A stretch of 64,000 bases of DNA, taken from a phage. The DNA lies in NCBI GenBank assembly GCA_011915565.1, contig GCA_011915565.1_3920.1; one strand, 5' to 3'. Shown piece by piece: positions 44,964 through 51,430 of the stretch; positions within the stretch are counted from its first letter, which is position 1; each line of letters begins with the position of its first letter. A model generated the notes under the pieces. The model saw only the letters and a program-made list of their open reading frames with translations, was not told where the DNA came from and ran no database searches. Made by a program: the position numbers and the translations under genes.

Positions 44964-45098
44964 ACAGAAGACCGTTTACAGCAAAACTTAAACAATCTAT
45001 TTCTCCGGTAAAGAAAAGGCGAAGGTTCGATTCCTTCACTCGGCAGATGTCGAGTTGGTGTAATGGTAGCACTTAAGATGATAAACAACGGTCTGGTA
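44964..45098 (+). other. tRNA-spacer structured element, copy 4, containing a degenerate tRNA-like segment
   Basis: TTTACAGAAGACCGTTTACAGCAA head; T-arm-like GAAGG-TTCGATT-CCTTC, hairpin ACTCGGCA/TGTCGAGT, D-arm-like TGGTGTAATGGTAGCAC, then ACGGTCTGG. Confidence 0.45.
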
Positions 45099-45239
45099 AT
45101 TATCTTTGTAGATAAGTTATTAAGCTTACCTGTGAGTATGCGACCACAAAGGGTGAAGGGTAAATTCTAGATTTAAACCCAAAAGGCACATCGCTACAGA
45201 CCTTAAGCAAGTCTGGGTAGCTTATCTACAAAGATAATT
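45098..45239 (+). other. perfect 19-bp inverted repeat enclosing 104 nt
   Basis: AATTATCTTTGTAGATAAG at 45098-45116 and its exact reverse complement at 45221-45239; lies between spacer element 4 and tRNA-Lys. Confidence 0.6.
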
Positions 45240-45243
45240 TAAT

Positions 45244-45319
45244 GGAAGTGTAGCAGAATGGTGATGCGGCAGACTTTTAATCTGACAGGCGATGGGTTCG
45301 AATCCCTCCACTTCTACCA
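45244..45319 (+). tRNA. tRNA-Lys (anticodon TTT)
   Basis: Anticodon loop CTTTTAA; T-arm ATGGG-TTCGAAT-CCCTC; paralog of the 46541 tRNA. Confidence 0.6.
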
Positions 45320-45397
45320 AATTCACCCTTAACTGAGAAACACCTGCGCGGCTGGAAACACCCACTCAACAGTTTCTCTAACTAGGGTACTTATTCT

Positions 45398-45474
45398 GGT
45401 TCAGTCGCAGATAAGGTAATGCAAGGGTCTCATAAGCCCTATGAATGTGGGTTCGATTCCCATCTGAACCTCCA
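45398..45474 (+). tRNA. tRNA with CAT anticodon (Met or lysidine-Ile)
   Basis: Acceptor GGTTCAG/CTGAACC; anticodon stem AGGGT/GCCCT, loop CTCATAA. Confidence 0.6.
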
Positions 45475-45475
45475 A

Positions 45476-45551
45476 GCTGGTATAGTTAAGAAGGTTATAA
45501 CACTCCCCTGATAAGGGAACATCGGTGGTTCGATTCCACCTACCAGTACCA
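45476..45551 (+). tRNA. tRNA-Ile (anticodon GAT)
   Basis: Acceptor GCTGGTA/TACCAGT; anticodon loop CTGATAA. Confidence 0.65.
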
Positions 45552-45566
45552 ATTTCAATAAAGTTG

Positions 45567-45595
45567 TTGACATTGAGATGTGACTCCTTTATACT
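45567..45595 (+). promoter_or_regulatory. sigma70-like promoter (TTGACA-17-TATACT)
   Basis: Inside the tRNA array, upstream of a 200-nt hairpin-rich spacer and tRNA-Arg. Confidence 0.55.
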
Positions 45596-45797
45596 AACCT
45601 TAGTTTTCGTTGCGTAGCGTCTATTTTGCAAATTTAAAATAAATGCAAACGACAATGTTTTTCTGGCAGTAGCTTGATAGGCTAAACACCAGTGAGGTCT
45701 TCCAATCCCTCATCAAAGAATTTGGCGTACTCGCCCACGGTATGATTAATAAGGTGGGCATCTTTAAGGGCTTTCTAAGAGAGTCTTTAAAGATAAT

Positions 45798-45874
45798 GCA
45801 CCCTTAGTTCAATTGGATAGAGCAACGGTCTTCTAAATCGTTAGTTACAGGTTCGAATCCTGTAGGGTGTACCA
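45798..45874 (+). tRNA. tRNA-Arg (anticodon TCT)
   Basis: Acceptor GCACCCT/AGGGTGT; D-arm GTTC...GAGC; anticodon loop CTTCTAA. Confidence 0.7.
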
Positions 45875-46016
45875 AATAGTTAGCAGATTACTTAGACGGC
45901 CTTAGCGGGTCTTCCTGTAGGGAGGTGGTCTGTATCTCATGTTTTCCAGAACATGTAAATAATCTGAGAAGAAGCTTGACAGTGTTGAGATAACAGGGTA
46001 AGCTTCGAATTATAAT

Positions 46017-46099
46017 ATGGGACGATGTTAAGACTCTAAGGCATGAGCAACGGCCTCCAAAACCGTTTCAAAGGGGTTCAACTCCTCCGTCCCATGCCA
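46017..46099 (+). tRNA. tRNA-Trp (anticodon CCA)
   Basis: Acceptor ATGGGAC/GTCCCAT; anticodon loop CTCCAAA; 83 nt with enlarged D region; preceded by TATAAT. Confidence 0.55.
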
Positions 46100-46112
46100 A
46101 AGTCTTATTAGG

Positions 46113-46200
46113 GGTAGGTAGCGGCTAATGGCAGCCAAACAGTCTTGAAAACTGTTGCCACTGTAGAGATACGGTGAGGGTTCGACTCCTTTACTTACCG
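46113..46200 (+). tRNA. tRNA-Ser (anticodon TGA), long variable arm
   Basis: Anticodon stem ACAGT/ACTGT, loop CTTGAAA; type II; no CCA encoded. Confidence 0.6.
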
Positions 46201-46376
46201 CCTAATAAGATTTACTCCGTCCATGCTTGTTCGCATTGTCGGTTTATCCCTCGTGTATTGTCGTACACTGTCAAAGCACCTAGTAGGTGTCACGGAGAAG
46301 AGATAATATCAAGCTCTCCAAAGGTTCTAGTCACCGGATTAAACAAGACTATGCAAAGACCTATTTAGGTCTTTTT
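46201..46376 (+). ncRNA. candidate structured non-coding RNA ending in an intrinsic terminator
   Basis: No ORF; long-range complementarity (ACTCCGTCC ... GTCACGGAGAAG); ends with AGACC-TATTT-AGGTCT plus TTTTT at 46355-46376. Confidence 0.4.
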
Positions 46377-46456
46377 AGAGGGCTTCTAAGGTTATTAGTC
46401 GCTTGTTGTGGAACCTTGTTGCTCAGGTTCTTAGAAGTTCTCTAAAAAGATTTAAT

Positions 46457-46533
46457 GCACCTATAGCCCAACTGGTAGAGGCAGCAGACTTAGAATCTGC
46501 TCAGTGTGAGTTCGAATCTCTCTAGGTGTACCA
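46457..46533 (+). tRNA. tRNA with TAG anticodon (Leu by anticodon; short variable arm)
   Basis: Acceptor GCACCTA/TAGGTGT; anticodon stem GCAGA/TCTGC, loop CTTAGAA; 77 nt, type I. Confidence 0.55.
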
Positions 46534-46540
46534 AATTAAT

Positions 46541-46616
46541 GCAGGTGTAGCAAAATGGTTATGCGGCTGACTCTTAATCAGTAAGACGATGGGTTCAATT
46601 CCCTCCACCTGTACCA
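46541..46616 (+). tRNA. tRNA-Lys (anticodon CTT)
   Basis: Paralog of the 45244 tRNA; anticodon loop CTCTTAA. Confidence 0.55.
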
Positions 46617-46622
46617 AACAAT

Positions 46623-46698
46623 GGGGTCATAGTTTATATGGTTAAAATTCGAGTTTTGCAAACTTGGGAACCGAGTTCAATTCTCGGTGACTCCACCA
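46623..46698 (+). tRNA. tRNA-Ala (anticodon TGC)
   Basis: Clean 76-nt cloverleaf: GGGGTCA acceptor, GTTT/AAAT D-stem, loop TTTGCAA, T-arm CCGAG-TTCAATT-CTCGG. Confidence 0.7.
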
Positions 46699-46704
46699 AT
46701 TAGT

Positions 46705-46779
46705 GCATCCATAGTTTAAACGGGAAAATTACAGTCTTCCAAACTGAGGTTGAGGGTTCGATTCCCTCTGGATGCTCCA
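46705..46779 (+). tRNA. tRNA-Gly (anticodon TCC)
   Basis: Acceptor GCATCCA/TGGATGC; anticodon loop CTTCCAA. Confidence 0.65.
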
Positions 46780-46786
46780 AATTAAT

Positions 46787-46862
46787 GCTCCTATCGTATA
46801 ATTGGTTATTACGGTTGCCTTGTAAGCAACTTATCAGGGTTCGAGTCCTTGTGGGAGCACCA
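46787..46862 (+). tRNA. tRNA-Thr (anticodon TGT)
   Basis: Anticodon stem GTTGC/GCAAC perfect, loop CTTGTAA; T-arm CAGGG-TTCGAGT-CCTTG. Confidence 0.7.
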
Positions 46863-46892
46863 ATTCAGAGGTCAAGTGAAAGACCGCTTTGA

Positions 46893-46950
46893 GTCAACTG
46901 AAGACCGTAACAAATTCCACGGAGTTGAGTTAGCGGCACAACTCCAGACC
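46893..46950 (+). other. tRNA-spacer structured element, diverged copy 5
   Basis: CTGAAGACCGTAACAAATTCC related to the CAGAAGACC head; enclosed by AGAGGTC/GACCTCT inverted repeat. Confidence 0.4.
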
Positions 46951-46958
46951 TCTTTCAT

Positions 46959-47033
46959 ACTCGCTTAGTTTATATGGTAAAACATCACCCTTACAAGATG
47001 AAGAAAAAGGTTCAAGTCCTTTAGTGAGTACCA
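46959..47033 (+). tRNA. tRNA-Val (anticodon TAC)
   Basis: D-stem GTTT/AAAC; anticodon loop CTTACAA; T-arm AAAGG-TTCAAGT-CCTTT. Confidence 0.65.
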
Positions 47034-47034
47034 T

Positions 47035-47112
47035 GTTCCAGTATCCCAATTGGCAGAGGATGCAAGCTCAAACCTTGTATTAGTGACGGTTCGAATCCGT
47101 CTTGGAACACCA
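47035..47112 (+). tRNA. tRNA with CAA anticodon (Leu by anticodon; short variable arm)
   Basis: Acceptor GTTCCAG/TTGGAAC; anticodon stem GCAAG/CTTGT, loop CTCAAAC; T-arm GACGG-TTCGAAT-CCGTC. Confidence 0.55.
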
Positions 47113-47117
47113 ATTTT

Positions 47118-47193
47118 GCAGGATTAGTTCAAATGGAAAGAGCAACAGTCTACGAAGCTGTTAATAGGGGTTCGAATCCCTTATCCTGCGCCA
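47118..47193 (+). tRNA. tRNA-Arg (anticodon ACG)
   Basis: Clean 76-nt cloverleaf; anticodon stem ACAGT/GCTGT, loop CTACGAA. Confidence 0.7.
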
Positions 47194-47210
47194 GATAAAA
47201 AGGTGATACT

Positions 47211-47453
47211 ATGCAAACATTAACAGTAGTTGAACATGAAAACTGTGAGAGTATTGAGTTTGTCAGGGTCATTGGTGTTGAACACCACATTTTCTTAAAA
47301 GTTGGATACTTATGTGACCCCGCTAGAGTAGAAAGATTTATACGTGATTGTTTTGGTGGTAGACATCTGAAGAGTGTTATTTTTGAGACAGTTTTACCAG
47401 AAGGTTTAGAAACGAATAATAACATTTACCTCCTTACGAGGATTAGACAATGA
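47211..47453 (+). CDS. hypothetical protein embedded in tRNA array
   Basis: 80 aa; AAGGTGA RBS 6 nt upstream; directly follows tRNA-Arg. Confidence 0.5.
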   Translation: MQTLTVVEHENCESIEFVRVIGVEHHIFLKVGYLCDPARVERFIRDCFGGRHLKSVIFETVLPEGLETNNNIYLLTRIRQ

Positions 47454-48007
47454 GATACTTAAAGTATGCTTCATGGATTTTCTTAGCTTTGTTAGAGCCA
47501 TTTGCAGCAATCTTAGCAGTTATCTTAGCACCTTTTGTAGTTCCATTCTACAGTGAGAAGAAAGGACACTTACCTTTCGGGTTCAGATGGATGGAGACTT
47601 ATGACAACCCAATTGATGGTGATGCAGGTCATATCAAACGATGGGCTAAGATTAGAAAGATTGGTAAGCTTGGTGTCTACATGCAGAGAGTTGGATGGCT
47701 CTGGAGAAACAAAGCTTATAACTTCTCTTACCATGTGTTAGGAAGAGATGTAAAAGACGTTACTAAGTGGAAAGGTAATATCAACGTAAGTTCTAACCCT
47801 GAAGATAATCAGACAGGTTATCTCCTAATGTGGAACAGTAATGCTTGGGGATTATTCGCTTTTATCCCATCAATTAAAATCTTTGGTAAACAATTCTACT
47901 GGAGAATTTATGTTGGATGGAAACTTAAAAGTGTTGTCCCAGAAGAAAGAGCATTCTCAAGGGAAAGAGTTATGTTGGCATTCTTTATTCATCCACTAAG
48001 AAAGTAA
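47450..48007 (+). CDS. membrane protein embedded in tRNA array
   Basis: 185 aa; N-terminal TM segment WIFLALLEPFAAILAVILAPFVVPF; start overlaps upstream stop (ATGA). Confidence 0.6.
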   Translation: MRYLKYASWIFLALLEPFAAILAVILAPFVVPFYSEKKGHLPFGFRWMETYDNPIDGDAGHIKRWAKIRKIGKLGVYMQRVGWLWRNKAYNFSYHVLGRDVKDVTKWKGNINVSSNPEDNQTGYLLMWNSNAWGLFAFIPSIKIFGKQFYWRIYVGWKLKSVVPEERAFSRERVMLAFFIHPLRK

Positions 48008-48015
48008 AGATTTAA

Positions 48016-48091
48016 AGGGGATTAGTTTACAAGGTTAAAACCTCGGTCTTTGAAATCGAAGAAGTTGGTTCAATTCCAACATCCCCCGCCA
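48016..48091 (+). tRNA. tRNA-Gln (anticodon TTG)
   Basis: Anticodon loop CTTTGAA; T-arm GTTGG-TTCAATT-CCAAC; unpaired 1:72 and G73. Confidence 0.65.
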
Positions 48092-48093
48092 AT

Positions 48094-48172
48094 GCTCCAT
48101 TACTCCAATTGGCAGAGAGGCCAGACTTAAAATCTGTGTTATGTATCGGTTCGAATCCGATATGGAGTACCA
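48094..48172 (+). tRNA. tRNA with TAA anticodon (Leu by anticodon; short variable arm)
   Basis: Acceptor GCTCCAT/ATGGAGT; anticodon loop CTTAAAA; D-loop AATTGGCAGA shared with the 47035 tRNA. Confidence 0.5.
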
Positions 48173-48177
48173 AATTT

Positions 48178-48253
48178 AGCGGTATAGCATAACTGGCAAT
48201 GCAGCAGCCTCTGAAGCTGTCCTATTAAGGTTCAAATCCTTATGCCGCTGCCA
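48178..48253 (+). tRNA. tRNA-Gln (anticodon CTG)
   Basis: Acceptor AGCGGTA/TGCCGCT; anticodon stem GCAGC/GCTGT, loop CTCTGAA; G73. Confidence 0.6.
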
Positions 48254-48284
48254 CTTCTAAGGATTCTTACGAGAGTCCTTAAAT

Positions 48285-48360
48285 GTGGCCTTATCATAAA
48301 TGGTAATGACCCATGCTGTGAACATGGTCTATACGGGTTCAAATCCCGTAGGTCACCCCA
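48285..48360 (+). tRNA. tRNA-His (anticodon GTG)
   Basis: Anticodon stem CCATG/CATGG perfect, loop CTGTGAA; discriminator C. Confidence 0.7.
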
Positions 48361-48366
48361 ATTTAT

Positions 48367-48442
48367 AGTCCAAGTAGCTTATATGGTTAAAGCGCGTGTC
48401 TGAAAAACATGAGAAGAGGGTTCAAATCCCACTGGACTACCA
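48367..48442 (+). tRNA. tRNA-Phe (anticodon GAA)
   Basis: Anticodon stem CGTGT/ACATG, loop CTGAAAA; T-loop TTCAAAT; CCA encoded. Confidence 0.6.
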
Positions 48443-48458
48443 ATTTCAAAGGTGCTTA

Positions 48459-49193
48459 ATGAAAGAGATGACAGAACAAGGTAAGGAGATTTTCAATCTC
48501 TTAAAAACCGGTAAAGGGTTTTCTAACCCCCTTATTACTGGTGCAGCAGTTCTCGGTGGAACCGTAGCTGCCTCTACATCACTTGTAAGCTCTATTAGCT
48601 CTGTATCAGACCCTACAGTAAAGGATAAGCTTGTTGCTGCTGGACTTACAACAGTTCTGCTTAACAGCTTTACCACGAGTCTGACAAGCACTACATCAAC
48701 TACCAAAACACTAACAGATTACGGTCAAAAGTCCATTGATGAGTTTTCATCACGTATGCAGGTAGCAAAAGGTTACTCTAATGTTATGGGTGCAGCAGGT
48801 GAACAAGTTGGCTGTACACCATTTAGTGGTATTATGGGTGTTGCTACAGAGTATGGTCAAAAAGCTATTGATACGATTAACAGTGCACTAGATAGTGTTA
48901 ATGGTGTGTTAAGTGACTTACAAGATGCTATTGACAAAGGTCTTGATACTATTTCTGATTTAGCTGAGCAAGCTGTTAGTAAGATTAATGAAGGTATTTC
49001 AAAAATTACAGCTTATGCAGATGAAGTTGTGCAGATGATTGAAGAAGAAGCTGCTCTTATTGCAGAGTACCTTAAAACGAATATCAATGGGTTCTTAGCA
49101 GGTATCTTACCAGACTGGTTTGATGATGCTTGTAAAACTGGTGTAATTGACACTATTGCAACACCAGAAATGAAGAACGCATTACAGAAATAA
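48459..49193 (+). CDS. hypothetical protein (Ser/Thr-rich N-terminus, helical C-terminus)
   Basis: Track ORF starts at 48396 inside tRNA-Phe; first ATG after the tRNA (48459) with AAAGGTG RBS chosen. Confidence 0.55.
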   Translation: MKEMTEQGKEIFNLLKTGKGFSNPLITGAAVLGGTVAASTSLVSSISSVSDPTVKDKLVAAGLTTVLLNSFTTSLTSTTSTTKTLTDYGQKSIDEFSSRMQVAKGYSNVMGAAGEQVGCTPFSGIMGVATEYGQKAIDTINSALDSVNGVLSDLQDAIDKGLDTISDLAEQAVSKINEGISKITAYADEVVQMIEEEAALIAEYLKTNINGFLAGILPDWFDDACKTGVIDTIATPEMKNALQK

Positions 49194-49195
49194 AT

Positions 49196-49288
49196 GGAAG
49201 ATTAACCCTAAAAGGTAAGGGAGCAGTTTGCTAAACTGCCAGTAGCTGAGAAATCGGTGTACCAGTTCAAGTCTGGTATCTTCCTCCA
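49196..49288 (+). tRNA. tRNA-Ser (anticodon GCT), long variable arm
   Basis: Acceptor GGAAGAT/ATCTTCC; anticodon stem GCAGT/ACTGC, loop TTGCTAA; T-arm TACCAG-TTCAAGT-CTGGTA. Confidence 0.65.
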
Positions 49289-49292
49289 ATTT

Positions 49293-49368
49293 GAATCCGT
49301 GACAGAAACGGCTATGTGCCTGTCTGCAAAACAGGTTTATAAGGGTTCGAGTCCCTTCGGATTCTCCA
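49293..49368 (+). tRNA. tRNA-Cys (anticodon GCA)
   Basis: Acceptor GAATCCG/CGGATTC; anticodon stem CCTGT/ACAGG, loop CTGCAAA. Confidence 0.7.
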
Positions 49369-49405
49369 AGTTATTTTACTCTCTCTCAATTAAAATAATA
49401 ATAAT

Positions 49406-49465
49406 GCCCTGCTATAAGTATTCTTCCTTTCGCTACCGAAGAGTATTTTTAGACAGGGCTTTTTT
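49406..49465 (+). terminator. intrinsic terminator (long hairpin)
   Basis: GCCCTG ... CAGGGC stem with structured loop, then TTTTTT. Confidence 0.6.
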
Positions 49466-49530
49466 ACAGAGTTATACTTTATAGGAAGACTTATACAGTA
49501 TGTCTCTGACGTACATTGTGGTTTCTCCTT

Positions 49531-49554
49531 GACGGTCTCTGTGCCGTCTTTTTT
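49531..49554 (+). terminator. intrinsic terminator
   Basis: GACGG-TCTCTGTG-CCGTC then TTTTTT. Confidence 0.7.
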
Positions 49555-49590
49555 AAGGGGAAACATGATTAACTATTTGGAGAAAACATA

Positions 49591-49791
49591 ATGAGCGAGA
49601 CCGTTTATAAAGAACTTTATGAAGCTAATAAAAAGCTAGAATTTATGCAGAATACTATCATGGCAATTGCAGACAGATTGTCTGTAGCAACAGGTATTGA
49701 TATTAAAGAAGCATCTATGGATGCACTTCTTGATGCTGTTGATGCAAAGTTCGAAGTTAAGAAAGAAGAGACTGCTACAGACTCTGAATAA
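49591..49791 (+). CDS. small hypothetical protein upstream of terminase
   Basis: 66 aa; GGAGAAAACATA RBS; too small to call a small terminase subunit. Confidence 0.5.
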   Translation: MSETVYKELYEANKKLEFMQNTIMAIADRLSVATGIDIKEASMDALLDAVDAKFEVKKEETATDSE

Positions 49792-49812
49792 TTCTATTTG
49801 CGGAGGTGCTTA

Positions 49813-51414
49813 ATGGACTTAAATGCTGTTAAGCAGAAGCGAGTGGAAGATGTTAGGAAAGTCCTAGCTGGAGAGTTGGGGCTTTCTGATGAAGTAAAAG
49901 AAATTATCAAATCATTCGGTAAAGACCCCTCTAAATTCCTTCCAACTCAAATTCTGACTTTATTAAGATACACACCAGACCAAGTTCGCCTTATCTTTAA
50001 ATTGATGACTGATAAGAACTATGTAGCCCCTCAGCCGGGTTCTCAAGAGGTCTTTTTAAATACTAATGCTGACTTGGTTCTCTATGGTGGTGCTGCTGGT
50101 GCTGGTAAGACTGCCGCATTGTTAATGGACTCTTTAAGATTTATTGAAGACCCTAACTATAATGCTGTATATTTCCGTCGAAATACAACACAGTTACAAG
50201 GTGGTTTATGGCCTGCCGCAAAGAAACTATTTGGTAAGTTTGGTGGGATTCCTCACGAGCAGAAAATGACTATCACATTCCCTTCTGGGGCAACTATCAA
50301 GTTTACCTACCTAGAACTTGAAAAGCACGCTGAAGGTCATCAGGGTATTGAATACTCAGCTATTTACTTTGACGAAGGTACGCACTTCTCTGCTTCACAG
50401 ATTTCATACCTACAAACCCGTCTACGTTCTGGTGCTGAAGGTGATTCATACATGAAGATTTCCATGAACCCAGACAGAGACCACTTTATTTACGATTGGG
50501 TAGAACCATTCTTAGATGAAGAAGGTTATCCAGACCCTGAAAAGTGTGGTCGTATTCGTTGGTATGTAATGAACGATGGTGTGATGGTTTCTGATTGGGA
50601 GAGAGACAAGATTCTTGAAATGTTCCCTCTTGAGATTCCTCAAACATACACCTTTATCTCTGGTACGATTGATGATAACCCAATCCTTGACTTCTTAGAG
50701 CCTAAGTACCGTGGTAAGTTGGAAAACAACACCCCTGTAAACGTTGCAAGACTTCGTTTCGGTAACTGGAAGGCTCGTGCAGAAGGTTCAAACTATTGGC
50801 AAAGACAATGGTGTGAAATTGTTGATTCACTACCAGAAGATGTATTTGATGTTAGAGCATGGGACTTAGCAGCAACTTTACCATCGGAGATTAACCCTAA
50901 TCCAGACTGGACAGCAGGTGTTAAGATGGGTAAATCTAAAAAAGACGGTTGCTATTATATCATTGATGTAGTAAGATTTAGAGATAGACCCTCTGGAGTC
51001 GAAACACAAATTAATTTGACTGCTGAAAGTGACGGTAAGCGAACTGGTATTTTTATCCCTCAAGACCCAGGCGCTGCTGGTAAATCCTACGCAACATCCC
51101 TCATCAGGAAACTTGCCGAGAAAGGTTATCGAGCAAGAGCCAAACCAACAAATAAAGATAAAGTTACCCGCTTTGCGGGATTTTCTGCTGCTTCTGAAGC
51201 TGGACTTGTAAAAGTCTTGAGAGGTAGTTGGAATGAAGCTTACTTTCAAGAGCTTGAAGGCTTTTGTGGCGATGGTAAAACTAAAGATGACCAAGTGGAT
51301 GCTACCAGTGATGCTTTCAACAGTCTTAACGAAGTTAAATTATTCAAGCCACCATCAATGGGTGCTCACACAGATTTAGTGAGAGGAAACCCATATGAGG
51401 GGCTTAGACGTTGA
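49813..51414 (+). CDS. terminase large subunit
   Basis: Walker A LYGGAAGAGKT; track start 49798 is TTG, ATG at 49813 with GGAGGTG RBS chosen. Confidence 0.85.
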   Translation: MDLNAVKQKRVEDVRKVLAGELGLSDEVKEIIKSFGKDPSKFLPTQILTLLRYTPDQVRLIFKLMTDKNYVAPQPGSQEVFLNTNADLVLYGGAAGAGKTAALLMDSLRFIEDPNYNAVYFRRNTTQLQGGLWPAAKKLFGKFGGIPHEQKMTITFPSGATIKFTYLELEKHAEGHQGIEYSAIYFDEGTHFSASQISYLQTRLRSGAEGDSYMKISMNPDRDHFIYDWVEPFLDEEGYPDPEKCGRIRWYVMNDGVMVSDWERDKILEMFPLEIPQTYTFISGTIDDNPILDFLEPKYRGKLENNTPVNVARLRFGNWKARAEGSNYWQRQWCEIVDSLPEDVFDVRAWDLAATLPSEINPNPDWTAGVKMGKSKKDGCYYIIDVVRFRDRPSGVETQINLTAESDGKRTGIFIPQDPGAAGKSYATSLIRKLAEKGYRARAKPTNKDKVTRFAGFSAASEAGLVKVLRGSWNEAYFQELEGFCGDGKTKDDQVDATSDAFNSLNEVKLFKPPSMGAHTDLVRGNPYEGLRR

Positions 51415-51430
51415 TAGCTAGGTGAGAAGA

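Noticed and set aside
45401-45655. 84-aa minus-strand ORF
   Set aside because: Overlaps the tRNA-CAT and tRNA-Ile genes and an internal promoter on the opposite strand.
46174-46368. 64-aa plus-strand ORF
   Set aside because: Starts inside tRNA-Ser(TGA) and spans the structured, terminator-ended non-coding segment; no RBS.
47150-47425. 91-aa minus-strand ORF
   Set aside because: Antisense to tRNA-Arg(ACG) and to the plus-strand 80-aa gene.
48396-48458. Upstream extension of ORF 48396..49193
   Set aside because: The extension would begin inside tRNA-Phe; the first ATG after the tRNA (48459) with an RBS is the likelier start.
49257-49484. 75-aa plus-strand ORF
   Set aside because: Runs through tRNA-Ser(GCT), tRNA-Cys and an intrinsic terminator.
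50878-51294. 138-aa minus-strand ORF
   Set aside because: Antisense within the large terminase gene.
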